A DNA stretch of 64,000 bases from Lingula anatina (lineage: Eukaryota; Animalia; Brachiopoda), in NCBI GenBank assembly GCA_051362555.1, contig CM120640.1, positions 64,210,788 to 64,274,787 on the forward strand, given 5' to 3'. The notes below the pieces were generated by a model that was not told the DNA's origin, did no database searches, and saw nothing but the letters and a program-made list of their open reading frames with translations. Of the stretch, positions 25,406 through 39,450 are shown one piece after another. A program made the position numbers and the translations under genes. Within the stretch, counting starts at the first letter, position 1, and each line of letters starts with the position of its first letter.

Positions 25406-27387
25406 TTAAAAAACCTGTGGAGCTGTATGATCGCTCAATTGAAATTCATTGTTTTCGTCATTAATTTCTGCGGGAGCTTGTTCATAGGAGGGACCACAGT
25501 CATTTTGTTGTTCGTTCACTATAGTTTTTTGTTTCTTCCTTCTTCTTTTCTTTTTGATTGTTTTTTCACCTACATTTTGGTGAGTTGCCGTCGGTTCCTG
25601 TATATTCGTGTCACTAACCCATGAATGCATGTGTTTATCTATTGGCATGTCAGATGTAGGGCCTGTGGAACTGAGGAACTCTTCCTCCCCCTCAGTAACG
25701 CACCGTTCTTGTAGTGGCGGTGCTGACACCACATTTCTTGAAGCAAACTCGTAAGTTAAACTTTCTGACTGAGTACTGAGTGCTGCATGGAGGGGTTCAG
25801 GATGTTGAAGTGCTGGCTTCCCATTTGCGTCTGACCAAGATGCCGTGTTGTTCAGCTCTACAGGCAAGGCTTGGGGTAAGGGTTCTATCAGAGTGGTGCC
25901 GTGCGTCGGATGTGCCGAGCCCACATATTTTACATCATATGAAGCATTAACTTGCGCTGCATCCGCCTGTACAGCGTAGTCAAAATTGTGAAACAAGGTT
26001 TTTGGGGGAGGATGGTTAGGCGTCACATTTTTCGAAGCTTTGTCGTTTGCATCCAACAAAGGTACCGTGCTGTTCGTATCTACGGATACACCTGGTACGG
26101 ATAAGGATTCTATTGAAGTGGTGTCGTCTGCAGTGCCTGCATCTTTCAGATTATCTGGAGCATTTACTTGATTGGTTTGGTTGGAGTAGTCAACATTATT
26201 TGGCACTGAATTTTGGGGAATGTTATCAGGCTTTAAAATGCCAGAAGGTTTTGCTCCTCCGCTTTCTTCTTCAACGAACAGAACATTAGTTGCTGATTGC
26301 TGATTTGTGCCTGGAGACATTCTTTTCCCGTAAGCAGGCAAACCTGACATGGTAGTGTTACTTCCCTCTGGACTGGTATAAGCAGCAAGATCCCTAGAGC
26401 TTAAAATGTTTTCCTCCACCTCAGTAAGTTCATTGACATGGTTCACGTGCTTAATCCCAGTTTGTTGAGGATCACTCTGCTGTTTAATCGGTGGCGTGTT
26501 ATGACCAACTCGTAATGGCGGTAATGGTTTCACGGGATCTGAAACGTTCTGTGAAGTTTGGGGCGCCAACTTGTCATTTGCGGCCAACTCGGAAGCTGTG
26601 TTGTTCGGATCTTTGGGTTGCAGTGACTTTATCAGGTTTGTTCCGTAGGTCGGATGTGTTGCACCTGAATGCGAGGTTTCAGCGTGAAGTGGGGAGTCAA
26701 GCAACGAAGCATCTTTCTTGTCAGATGTATTACAGAATGAAGGCGACGCCTCATCGAAGGCCTGCCTAGTCTCAGAATCACCTGCAGAAGGAGGTATCGC
26801 TCTTCCATTCTCCACTCCAACATTGTTATCCACGCTATCAGTTTCACAGTCACCGCTTCTATTTTCAGAGGTTCCTGAACCAGCATTATCACCACTATTA
26901 TTCAAAGGGTGAACTCTGTTTTTGCCAAATTTCAACGAAGAGGCTGCTGTCGATATGTAGAGGATAAGAGTCCAAAATCGGTGCCAAAGCATACAAATAA
27001 ACTGTATGATAGTCACCAGAATGAATAAACTGAGAAACAAAAGGCTTAAGACGTCTGACTTTTGTTCGTAGCCATTGTGGTCATGCCAACGAATAAATAT
27101 ATCAGACTGACTTTGTATGAGGATCGTAAAAGCTATCCAGACAGCGTTGCAAAAGATTACAAATGTCATGGAGTTGTTGCGCAGTGTTTTTAAATCTTTT
27201 TTCAGTGTCTCTTCATCGGCGTTTTTGTCTATGGGCTCAAGACGGAACTTTATCAGGTGCTTCCAGAAAGTGTACTCGTAATTGTTTTGCTCTTTTAAGT
27301 TTATGGTTGTTTTGGTTTCCTTGTGCCACATATGCGTACTGAAGGCGCTGGTCCATGTGAATTCCTCGAATATCAATTCTCTGACTC
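25406..27387 (-). CDS. CHS: CHS-C exon 9 (terminal TMs plus long low-complexity tail)
   Basis: ttccag acceptor, phase 1 joins exon 8 in frame; 656-aa open ORF to TAA. Confidence 0.88.
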
Positions 27388-30300
27388 CTGGAAAACATTA
27401 ACAACGGTGTATACATTATCATCATTGTAGTGGGAATGGTTTCAACACACACAAATTGCAACAATTCCTCAACCTTTTACCTGTAATCTTTACTTTTACT
27501 TAAGATACGTCGCAATAATATAAAGACCCTATAAATATATTTAATAAATGCATTTTTTTCAAAATAAATGTTTAATATCTTCATTAAGTTACTGTTATGT
27601 AAAAAAACCCGCATCATTAAGGCTCTAATAAAACGAGGTATTAGATACACGGTAGACTTCAAAAATTACAACTGAAAGAATAGCATTCTGCGATATGGTT
27701 GTTTTCATAAAAGTAAAAAATTAAGAGTTCATTTCTTGTAAATTACCAAGAAATTAATATGATAGGTGATAATTATACATTAAATGTACCACATCACCTC
27801 TGCTGAAATGCATCCTAACCTTAATGCGTTTTACTTACTAGGCTCTATTAATATTTATTTTCGATATATTTTTCTACCTTTTGTCTCAAATGAATTTTAT
27901 GGAGATAGGCACTTACTCTTCCATTTCTTTGCTTTTTGTGGAAGCAAACCAGAATCCTTCTCAGCTTTTGCCTGCTTCGGTGATGCTTGGCTGGGGGGTT
28001 CGTTTTGCTTTTGGCTTTCTTCTTTTTTTCTACAGCGACATATACAGCCAAAAAAAGAATCACAGTTAAATTCATCTTCACTGCCTTGAGTAACTTTCCG
28101 AGGCACACCACCTTCATTATCACGGACAATTTTTGGGGTTTCTCTTGTCCCCCATGACACGTCGTTGAGATTGGAAATTGAGTAAATTGTTAAGAATACG
28201 TACATAGATGGAACGGCTATGAAATAAAAAAGTCCGTACAAAACACAGAAGAGCTCTTTTGGGTGTAGAAGTGCCGTTGTAACAAAAAGTGCCACCAGGG
28301 TTAAAAAGATAAGAGATGACATGCTCGCAATGTTTGTGCCCACTTCCACTATTATCCCAACGAGTGTGGCTATCATGAGAAGTGCATAAATACCGCTGAG
28401 AATCGCTGCTACGTTCAGCTGAACATTCTTGGTTTGTGTAAATGAAACCCAGATGTAGAATATAATTGGGAGGAGGATAATTCCGTTGGTTACAAAAGAG
28501 CCTGCAGTGTCGTTGCTCAGGTTTGGTATTAACAGGGTCGTAATGGACGTTGATATGGCCATTAGTACTGTGGCAGGACCAAGCAAAGATGATACCAGAA
28601 GAAGAGCTTGGTACAAGATAAAACCAAACGTTATGTTATCGTTTACGGTGGAGGTTTCCCAGCCGTTAGATATCAAGTCGTACAAGTTGGCAATCGTTGA
28701 CACGCTCCACCGTCGCCGTTGGTTGTAGAACTCTGAGAATGTTTCTGGCGCATAGGTCCAAGCATCAGAGGCCGCACAGTATTTGATGCTCCGGCCGTTT
28801 TGAAGCAAGAGGGTACACAACCAACGGTCTTCTCCTTTGAAATTAAAGAAATGATTTTTGGTTTATTTGAATTCAGTTTGAACAGGTTTATTATGTAACA
28901 TTAGTGTACAAAACTCTGAATTACGCATTGATACCAATAATGTTGGAAAACTTCAAACATTCCAGTCACTGCGCTTCGTTTAATCACAACTTATCATTCC
29001 GTGTTACTAACTATTTCTCATTTTTGTTATACCTTGATCAAATTGTAGATAGTCGATTGCTCTCTTTGGTCGCTGGGAGTAGATGTCTATCACTTCCATC
29101 ACTGCCTTTCCGCGAAACAAACTAAAACAGCCAGGACTGCACAGAACGCATCCAAGAACATGTTCTGCGCTCTTCTGTAACCAGTGGCCAATGGCGTACT
29201 CGAATTTCTGGTACCATACCATAGGTCCTACAATAAATCAAATGGTACTTCATATAACTGACCATATCAATTGAAGCTGTTTTCTTCTACATAATGTAAA
29301 AGAGAGATGTAAAGAGAGATAAAATGGTCTCAAATCAAAACCGTTTATCTGTTTCAGATGTGTTTGAATTCTTATGACGAGAAAAGCATAGATATGTTTA
29401 ACTATAAAGGTACTTGAAAGACACAATAAACATGATTTTTACCGCTGCCGATTGGATGGATTCGTCCACAGGCAGCTCCCAGTTTCTTGTCTGACGCCAT
29501 CTCTTTCACCAAGCTGGTCAAGGCATCTGCGTGGAAATCAACATCTCCGTCCAGAGCCAGCAAATACACGTTGTCCAGGTCATTTTCATCGTGTTTTTTG
29601 TCTGGGTTCTTCGGGTTTGTGTTATACTGCAGGAGGTAGTACATGTACATCACCTGAAAAAATACCACAAACTGTATCATACTTAGTCACTATATTTTTA
29701 TTTATTTAGATCGTTGAGACACATTTCACATTTACCAGTACATGAGATTCAAATATACATGTATTTCAACACAATTGCGTTTCGCTCCTTTTCAATTCTT
29801 TTTCAATATGCTATTTTTGTATTTTTTAATATTAAAATTTACGAAAAAATTACCTGGCTCCATCGTTTTCGGTGTCGAATTTTATCTTTATCCTTTAAAT
29901 GGACATACAAGGTAGTATTATTCATCTTAATTTCAAGTCTTCCACCATATGGCGTCCTGGTAACTTTCAGGCAGGTTGCTGGGTTGTGTGTATTGCCATT
30001 TACATGTACAGACGTGGATGTTTGCATCTGTACAGTGCCACATGAACTTTTTGATACCGATCTTCTATCCTCCCAAGCTGCTTTATGCCCAGCATTTGTT
30101 TCAGTGGCGGATGTTTTTGGTTCTGTTTGACTGTGTTCTTCATCTGAAGATCGGGTTGCTTTGCTAAGTTCCTTCATGACCCTTTCTACAATTTCATGAT
30201 CAACATCTTGCCTGTAAATCAAAATTAGATAATTTCATATTTAAAACAAGTGGACAATGTCATCACCCTTCTGTGAGAAGAATCAAGAAATCAAAACTTT

Positions 30301-33300
30301 TTTTTGTGTATTTGCTTGATTTCTTACCTGAATACGTCCTCAAGTATTATTCGGAAAAAACTGTTAACGTAGTTGTTTACAATCCTTCGTTTGTATTGGG
30401 TTTTGACTTCTTCTTTAGTTCCATGGGTTGAACTCCTAGGATCGGGTACATCTTTACGGGAGCTGGCGTCTTTGGTTGCCTTCATGTTTTCAATAGTATA
30501 CGTGAAAGCATCATCGAACATTATGTGCGTCTCATAGTCGAAGATAGAATCTTCCTTTTTGACAGCGCCATCGAGTCTACAGATGCAAATATGTATATTG
30601 AATAAGTTAGAATGATTTTAAACCTTAAACTTAAATAATTTTCACTCTTAAATCACTCAGATATATTTAATGGAAAAAAATATCGACAAGAATCTGCAAA
30701 ATAAATCTTTTAATATTTAAAATATGAAATTCATAAATGTTAAAAAATGGAAATTTTAACTAGCTAAGAAAAATACAAAACAAGGCCTACCTTATAATGC
30801 TGGCAAGCATTTGTCGCATTTCAATCTCGGATTCATGCCACATGGTTCCACAAGCGTATACCATTGGTTTCTTTTTCCCTGAATCTTCACCGGAGGGGAT
30901 GTGTGCAACATCCTCGGCTGAATCAACATCACTCCCATCTTCACAGGAAGGGATGTGTGCAACATCCTCGACAGCATCCACATCGTTCCCATCAACATCA
31001 ACATCTTTTGGCAGTCGTCTGCGAAACATGAACGACTGCTCAAGGAGAATACCGCAGTACAGAGGCTGGATGAATATCCATTTCAAGGAGGGTATGGCAG
31101 TTTTTCCAAGAGAATTCCACACATGTCTATTTAGAAAAAGATGAGAAAGGAGAAGGGCGATATACAGTCCAACCTGAGCCCAAAGATGCTCGGGATTGTT
31201 GGGATCACAATTGGGCGATAGGCTGCCCACCAGCCATCTCCGTATGACTCCCCCTAGTGTCTGGTCAGGAGTGTATCTCTCAATAAAAGCAAGTGTCTCC
31301 TTACTGCACAGAGGTATGAATACAACTAAAGGGGACGCAGCCATGGATATCAGAACACAGATGTAGCCGAGCTTAGGAATTCCCATGGTGCATGTTAAGA
31401 ATATGGATAAATAAGATAGCAAGGCAGCAAAACCTAGAATACAACCAACGCTTATTAAGGCCACTCTCTCTGTTTCATGAACGTATTGATCTGAGGTAAA
31501 AAATCTCTGAACGTCTTCTACGGAAAATCCGTTCCAGTACAATATGCCTAATGTGAAGCATAATGTTGCAATCATTTTAAAAAACATAACGTATGAATAA
31601 ATCAGCGACCTGTGTCTTCTCATTTCTGTTTTAAAGTTCTTGATAGGTATTGAAATGTAATTCTTTGCATCGGTATTGACGAAGTTTTCCCACCAACCGA
31701 ACGAAATTAGCAGAATTGCGACCGGTAAGGTCCAATCTCTCGATGGCGCAAAGTTGCGAAGGCTTTGTGAATCCCAGTTCCAGGGAATGCAAATGAACAC
31801 CACGCATCCTAACTGAATTAATACCACCAATATGTCAAGCAAAATGTCGCGAATCTTCATCCCACGGGACTGTCTGTCGGATTTGATGTGAAGAATCAGC
31901 AACAGTAAAGCGGGTACAAAGCCTGTGGCGTAGAATAAGGGCATGATGTCCAGCGTATGGACTTCAGGAAGCGCTTTGAAAACGAACAAGCACATCCCAC
32001 CCGTATGCAGGATTTCAGGAATGGCAGTCTGAAAAAGAAAAATAATAATTTAATATATAATATATTCATTTTCAAAGAGTGAAGATTTCACTGCATGAGA
32101 TCCTAAAATTGCTATCTTGCACCTGGTGAAATGGCATCGTTTCCACCTGCTCATACAGGTAAATATCACGTATGCCACTAAGAGAATATTAAAGATGCAT
32201 GATAAGGGAGAGTAATTAGGGGAGACCGGGGCTAGTTGGACCCCGGGGTAAGTTGGCCCCCCGTCAATTTATGAAAAAGTAACTACGAGGTAAAAAAATT
32301 GGCCACATACTCTTGCAAAGTGACCGTAGCCTACAATGCTAAGGAAGTGTCGGACGTTAAAAAGTTTTACGTAAGCGGTGAGTCGAAATAAACTATTTTT
32401 GCACCTGAAAGTAATTTTGTTTAAGAGATTTAAAAATCTATTTTCATAGGCTTTTGATCGAATATAAGATATGTATAGGGCATCAAACTGAAGCTCATTG
32501 TTTCAAGTTTCACATAGATGTATCATCGTTGCTCATTCTAGCACCATAAATGGCTACCATCCTTTAAAATAAATAATGTGCACCCGGGGCTAGTTGGCCC
32601 CCTTGACTCGGGGCAAGTTGGACCCTCATATTACCCACAAACCTTTGCGTGCAACGCTGTTTGAAATAAACAAGTTGGTGAAATTGACAAAGCTTGCCGG
32701 TGTCTATTACCGTCTGATTGATTTTTTAAATTTTCTCTCTGGTGTCTTTTTGAAAATTTATAATAGAAATATTCTGTTGATTGTAAGTATTAAAAAGCAA
32801 ATCCATTGGACTTTCCGTAGAAAAACATTTATTTTGCCTTAATTCATTGTAAGGGGATTCCCTTTGTATTTATAGTGTTATATGTGGCCCCAAGGGGATT
32901 TTCCACCCCTCCCTAGCTAGAGACCATTATTGAAACAAACTCAATGGTTTACAACTGAATTTGTTACTTTCTTTTAAAAAGAAAATTTATTATTCGTTTT
33001 CATTCATTAAAAACATTCTTTATACCATTATTTATTTATTCTTAATTAAAACAAAATACATTTTATTGATAGATATTTTGGTTCTTGCAACACATACCCC
33101 CCCCCAACAAAGTGACGTACGGAAACCTCAATAAATCCGCCTCATTTGAACTGTTTATTCATCAAAGACTCTCAAAAATCAATTAAATAAATTAAAAATT
33201 TATAAAAATGTATTTCAAGGGGTTTACATGGGATATATACTTCATTTTCGTATAGGGGGGCCAACTTGCCCCGACCCTGGGGGGCAAGTTGGCCCCCTTG

Positions 33301-36300
33301 ACTTCAACTGCGTTTTTTGTCAAATTGTGAGCTACCTGGCATTATATTCGAAAAATAATGACGTTGCATACGTAGCTTAGTTCATGGGGCTTACTTTGAA
33401 ACCGGTTTTGTTACTCTAACCCACTCCTAGTTGGCTCTACAAGGCCAAAAGTGTCTAACTGGGCCAACTAGCCCCGGTCTCCCCTAACTTACATATTTTT
33501 AGTTTATCAGCTTATCACTCAGTTCAAAGACCAGCAACTGCATTTACAATCACAGCAACCGCATTCCCTTAACATCAAATTAAGTATGTCACATAATTTT
33601 AAAAGCTGTTGTTCACTTATAATTTTAACCGTATTACTCCACAGATTTTGCTGGTGGGGGAGAAACGAGGACAAACAAATTTAATTTGATTCAATAGAGA
33701 CTCCTCCCACCACCTCCGCTCAAACGACCAGTGAGAAAACCATTGGTTTACACAGGCCTATTTCAAAACATCCTATAATATTGATATGGAGTACCAAAAA
33801 TGAAAGAAAGTTTGAGTAAAAACGACTATCGATTTATAACGAACTGTCTGTCAGTCTTCATGGCAGGTGTTCAAAAACAATGCAGCTTTCACTTTTGCGC
33901 GACTTAATCTCAGGGCTATATCCAAAATCTATATTTGCCTTTTGTTCAACACAGACGTTGCTAACAACGACATGGGTTAGTAACTGTGCTTAGCGTGCGT
34001 AGTCGGGTGCTTAGTTACGTTTATGTAGACGTGTGTTTCATAACATGAAATGAAAGCGACCAGTAGTCAATAAACCCGACTTAAAGACAAGAGTTTAACG
34101 GCATATTGGAACAATTATCTACTGAAATTAAAACACGACGAAGGGAGGTTAACATATATACACACCTGAAGCATATCAAAACTGCAATTGGTTATATAAG
34201 TAATGGGACGGAGAATATCCCATCACAGAAAAAATGTAATTTTTTTATGTATTGATAATTTTTCTGAAATGGAAATGAAATAATACATTTACCAACTCCG
34301 AGTTTCGGTTGTGTTCCCAATTTCTTTCTCAAGGGCGAATAAGCCAGCTAAACTTAACACATCGATAGACACCCTATGTGCTTTTCAACATAATATAAAA
34401 CTGACACAATTATACAGCAATATACAAACAAAATACTACCGTAATAAGAGGAGATATTCAAGGTTACGCTAGGATTTGTTACGTTTTTTCTTTACAAATT
34501 TAACAGAACACACAGCAACAGGTGTACGTATCTATTCTAGATTTAATGATATGAGAGCTCCTTGTTTATTTGGAAAAGCGCTTTTTTTTGCATCTACAGG
34601 CCTGACAAATGACCAATGAAGCTATCCTAATCTAACATTTTAGAGAAATGGAGAAGCCATAAGTTATCACTTGTTAAATTTTATCAATCTTATTATTCCA
34701 GGTAGAATTAAAAACAAGTATTTTATTTTTTTATACAATAATTATCTGGATTTGGCAAGCATATCAATAAACGGGTCAGTTTAATTATAACTATTGTATT
34801 TAATATGTATAAATATTTTTATATTAATTTTTATAGTAATTTACCCGAAGAGTATTAATATTCTTTTATTCCACCGCTGCGAGCTTATTTTCACTTTTGC
34901 TATCTGTTTATCATAGTTCAGTTTTACAATGTTGTTACATCAAATTCTATGCCCAACAGGTTAAAAAAGCGTTACCCTAAGTCAATTTCCATTTATTGTG
35001 TGAATAAATATCCGAACTGAACTCTTTTGAGCCTATCCACACTAATTTCGTCTTGCTGCTATTTATGCTTAATTCAGACATTCAAGTATTCCAGAATACA
35101 AAATGCAGCATTAGAAGAATTTTTGAACCGTGTAGTATTAATACACTTCGAAAAGTTTCTGTTTTTATCATAACCAAATAAATGCATTTACCCCAAAAAT
35201 ATAAACAAGAGTATTTTTGATGAAAAATAAACAACCCGTTTGCCTCTTTTTGCCATTCTGTTACATTAAATATACCCCTGCATAATATTGGCATTTCTTC
35301 TATCTTACGTCTTATTATTGTACGTTTATATTCGGTAGAATTGTGAATTTTTTTAATACACTGTAGTTTTCCTGAGAAGCTTCAATACATACAACCCCCC
35401 TGACATCATAAAATTTAAGATCAGCTCTTAGTCACTTAGTCAAACCATAAAATCTTACAAAACAAAAATTTACATGTATCAAAATATATTTTTAAAAACA
35501 TACTTACGAGAACAATTAGGAAAAGAATCCTTTTTGCAAATGCTCCAAGCGGCATTTTTCGGTCCTCAGAATCGAAGGCGTCCGGCGGTTGGTCAGAAAA
35601 GCCCTGTACCATGAATTTTGTCCCTTTTTTACGTGCTGATTGAAAGCAGGCGGATGTAACAGATCCAATGAATCCAAGAACAACGGGCGCAAGCATACTT
35701 CCGAGCAACAGACAGTACCATCTAAGTTTCTCGATTTTTTCAAAGTTTTCAGCATCAAGCGCTGTAACATTGTCTGATATGCTGCCAGTGAAATGATAAT
35801 ATGTATCTGTCCTGTTTTCTTTTATTTTCGAAATAGATACAACAATGAGGATCCTATAGGAAGTAACACCCGCGATAATGATGACAAGTGTCACTATGCC
35901 AAACAGGAGCAGAGATATCACAGAGCAGCATTTATCCACGGTACTTTCTTCGTCGTCGGTTTGTTTTCTAATCTTCGGCTTCTTCCGAAATGCATGAAAG
36001 TCATACGTCTGTCTAAATTAGAAAACAAGGAGATATATAAAAATGTATTTGATTAACCTGGTGCATCTGAGATTTTGGCTCATGTTTTGATATTCTAGAT
36101 GTTCATTCATTCGTTCTTTTCGTGCTATGTAATAATATAAGTGGGCACGAGGTACAGAACAGCTGATTGATAGACGATGGACCGGTGCGCCTGTTGGACG
36201 AAGGGAGATGGCTTTCATGAGTCTGCACCAGGGACGGATCCAGGATTATTTAAAGGGGGGGTCTGCGGATGCGAAGCTTGGCGAGCCATGAAAGTTTTTC

Positions 36301-36433
36301 TTATTTTAGAGGGCGAACGGCGCCATTTGCTCCTATAAATCAGCTAATCAAAATTCTAATCCCAAAAGGGGTATATTTGTGTGATTAGTTTTTCAGAAAC
36401 CGAAGGGGGGGCAGGATCCCCCTACCCCCCCCC

Positions 36434-36466
<33 letters not shown>

Positions 36467-37064
36467 GTCTGCAAACACTTTTATTCAGGACGATTAAATT
36501 TTAACTAAAATTTAGGCGGAAGGGAGAGAGGAAGGGAGATGTACATGTACATGTACATGTATAATGTATCTTGCTTTTTCCTGCAAATAAGCTTTAAAAA
36601 AATCTAAAGGCTTTTACCAATACTTATTGATATCGGGTTTTTCTTGTTCCAAGGGAAATTGTTACATTTCACTTTTAACTTGTGCTCGGTTTATGTAATA
36701 GGGGAGACCGGGGCTAGTTGGACCCCGGGGTAAGTTGGCCCCCCATCAAGCCCATCAAGGCTCTTTAATAAAGTTACTTTAAGATGCTAAGTTATTTCAT
36801 TTGGACATACTGCCGTCGCTTTCTTTGCACTATACGGTCACTTTACAAAATGATGTGATAAATTATTTTACCCCATAGATACTTTGTCATAAATTGGTGG
36901 GGGGCCAACTTACCCCGGGTTCCAACTAGTCCCGGTCTCCCCTACGCTCTTATTCGTCATCATTCTCGTCTAATCTTTCTAATACTTTATCTGTATACTT
37001 ACGTGGTAGCAGCTGTTGGGTTGTCTTCACCTACACCCCCCTCGGTACGGTCCTCATCAGACAT
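25406..37064 (-). CDS. CHS: Chitin synthase paralog C, complete (9 exons, ~1905 aa)
   Basis: Exons 37064-37003, 36012-35508, 32028-30791, 30576-30328, 30211-29854, 29653-29443, 29227-29033, 28834-27917, 27387-25406 sum to 5718 nt (divisible by 3). Intact DGDVDF, QKFEY, GEDRW, QRRRW, SWGTRE and FWKHLI...LRN...MLWHR motifs. Confidence 0.95.
27917..28834 (-). CDS. CHS: CHS-C exon 8 (GEDRW, QRRRW, TM pore, SWGTRE)
   Basis: aag acceptor, gtaagt donor phase 1; catalytic base and product-binding motifs. Confidence 0.93.
29033..29227 (-). CDS. CHS: CHS-C exon 7
   Basis: tgtag/gtata boundaries; QKFEY, CSPGCF. Confidence 0.92.
29443..29653 (-). CDS. CHS: CHS-C exon 6
   Basis: ttcag/gtaaa boundaries; DGDVDF. 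Confidence 0.92.
29854..30211 (-). CDS. CHS: CHS-C exon 5
   Basis: tacag/gtaat boundaries; TPYGGRL, KRWSQ. Confidence 0.9.
30328..30576 (-). CDS. CHS: CHS-C exon 4
   Basis: ctgtag/gtaag boundaries; FDDAF. Confidence 0.9.
30791..32028 (-). CDS. CHS: CHS-C exon 3
   Basis: ttcag/gtagg boundaries; GWWENF, CGTMWHE. Confidence 0.93.
32219..33484. mobile_element. MITE family Z (TA TSD, Tc1/mariner-like), long copy
   Basis: TIR GGGGAGACCGGGGCTAGTTGG, TA flanks; internal repeats of CGGGG(C/T)WAGTTGG near 32585, 32610 and 33260-33295. Confidence 0.85.
35508..36012 (-). CDS. CHS: CHS-C exon 2
   Basis: tttag/gtaagt boundaries; TM segments. Confidence 0.87.
36701..36942. mobile_element. MITE family Z, short copy
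   Basis: Same TIR (~44 bp inverted), TA on both sides, in CHS-C intron 1. Confidence 0.85.
37003..37064 (-). CDS. CHS: CHS-C exon 1
   Basis: MSDEDRTEGGVGEDNPTAAT; upstream in-frame TAG; gtaagt donor, phase 2. Confidence 0.8.
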
Positions 37065-39169
37065 TGTCTATGATGTCACCACCTAAAACGGTGCACTAGT
37101 ATCAAGTATTTCTTCTCAGATACTTTTAAGACAAGTTTTATATGGACCTTAAATACGAACACTCAATCAGATGAAATGTCAACGCTTCTCTGCAGTTTTA
37201 GCCATATTCCAAGGGCTCATTTAACCAAAGGTGACGAAGTAAATCTTACACGTTAGGCTTAGGTAAAATATTCTTATTTTTTGGTTACATGAACGTACTC
37301 GCATTAACAGTTCATGTGACTTCATTTGTATTACGGGTGCTCCATAAAAGGCAGCGTGTGGTATTTATTAAACTTACCTGTCTGCCACCCGGTTGCTATT
37401 TGATGTAGTTCTCAATCAATAAGCACATGAAAAACATTCTCTTCCAAGAACTTCTTAATTTAAAACTGTTGGTAGCAACGAGTGCCCAATATACAATCAA
37501 TTGGTATGCTGTTTGCATTTTAACGCGTCATCGCACCTGAAAGGATTTGCCGTACCTTTTGTTAATAAAAAAGCGCGCCTGTTGTATTTGCAAACCTACA
37601 ATGCGACAGTGTATACCTAATAAACAAAAACGAGCTGGGCCGTTATCGTTTGACCTTAATCACGCATGAAAATAAGAGTCCACATTATACGATAAATAAT
37701 TTATTAGCAGGCATCGAATAACTCTACGTACGTGTTACTCGAAAAAAAAAAACGTATATTTTAACGATGAGGACGCATCACTGCGCTAGACATAACCCTT
37801 CACCCTGGTGCTAAATATAACTGAACTACGTGTTGACGGAATACCAACATAACAGAATAAGCTACTGTTAACGAACCAACTATCACCCTGTTAAATGCAG
37901 TAATAAATTTACGTCTATCGAACAAAAATGCAGTGCAGTAACGTTTTACAGAACTCTTTGGTATGGTGGATGTATGTGTGATCATTTAATTTGATGTTGT
38001 TACTATCTCCCATATTGTAACTTCGTATCATATTACATTTCATCATTTTAATAAATGACAATATCGGTCTTATGAACTGGTTTCTTATTTAATTTTGAGC
38101 AAAAACCGTGCTTGTGAACAGTTCGCTACATAAATAAATGTTAATAATACATGTACATGAGGCAGAAAAGAGCACATGGTGTCTGAAATTTCTATTACTA
38201 GAAAATCAAAATTCTGTCAGGTGGTATTTGTTCCACTTAGATCAAAGGGAAACCAGTAGATTGTAGTTTAGTTTCATGATGGTTTTTAGAGCGATTGAAA
38301 GATTTAAAATAAAATAATAGCCTGACGTGACCTGAGAAAATGAAAAATGCGTTCACGCCGCTTCTAATTTCAATGACAAAGACTTCTTGCAAATAAGACC
38401 CTTAGACCTGTGTGACTATAGAGCTGCTCCGAATTATAGACTGGATAATGTTTCGTGTTTGATTAGGTGAAATAACCCAAAAGAGCTTTTAGAATTACCC
38501 TACGGCAATACAACTATGACAATCCACTTATTACATACACAGTTTTACGTTCGATAAAAGATTTCTTTAAATCAAACTTGGAAACGATAACAGAAACAAC
38601 ACAAACAAGGCGAAGAAAAGAGAAATAAAGAGAGCACAGTAAAAAGAGCACAGTTATGCAGCACGGTTGCAAAACTCTGCTAGCTTAAGATTAATGTGCA
38701 CTTTTGAAAGTGTTTTGGTCCTTTTTAGATATTTAGCAGAAAAAATATGGAAAACGAAAACGAAAGCGCTGTACCTGGACCTAGCAGAATGGGTTCCAAC
38801 GCTGATCCTGAAAAAGTTAATAAGTAAGTTGATCAAAGTTCGTTGTGTGCGTGGGAGGTGGGAGGGGAGGGTAGAAGGTTTAATTTGGTAGCTATCATCG
38901 AAGTCTCCGGCTGACTGGGGCGATTCTTCCTTTTTTTTAAGGATAGTGTTATTGCAATGATTATTAATGGACTATTATAAGTTTTTAGATTTTTGTCAAA
39001 AAATTGATGAATTATCGACGCCTTGTAACTTACAAACGTTTTTTTACTAAGAATTAAGTTGCATTTGATAAGTTATGTTAAATCCATTTATGCCTACTCC
39101 CCATCTTGTGACATAGCCAACTAACAAGATCCCAGTTTATGGCTCTTGTGGCGGTCAAATATGCCCCAC

Positions 39170-39450
39170 AGACCAAATTTGACCGACAGACCAGATATGT
39201 CTGACAGAAACAAACCAGATTTGACCGATAGCCCAGATACATCCGACAGAAATCAGTAAAATTTGTCCTACAGACCGGATGTGTCCGACAAAGACCAGAC
39301 AGATTCGACCCAAAGACCAGATACGACCGACAAAAAAAAAGAGTCAAATTTGTCCGACGATACAGATGTGTTCGACAAAAAAGAGCAAGATTTGTCTGAT
39401 AAACCAGATTTGGCCAACAAAATTGAGTCAAACTAGTCTCGTCCGACAAA
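39170..39450. repeat. Degenerate minisatellite (ACCAGATTTGWCCGACA-like units)
   Basis: About 13 units alternating ~18 and ~24 bp. Confidence 0.75.

Noticed and set aside
27481-27528. Possible 48-nt micro-exon (tatag...TACAG/gtaaa) between CHS-C exons 8 and 9
   Set aside because: In the required phase 1 it contains TAA; exons 8 and 9 already join in frame.
34290-34340. Second hammerhead/Penelope-end-like motif (CTTGAGAAAG...CCGAAACTCGG, minus strand)
   Set aside because: Core and stems too degenerate to support.
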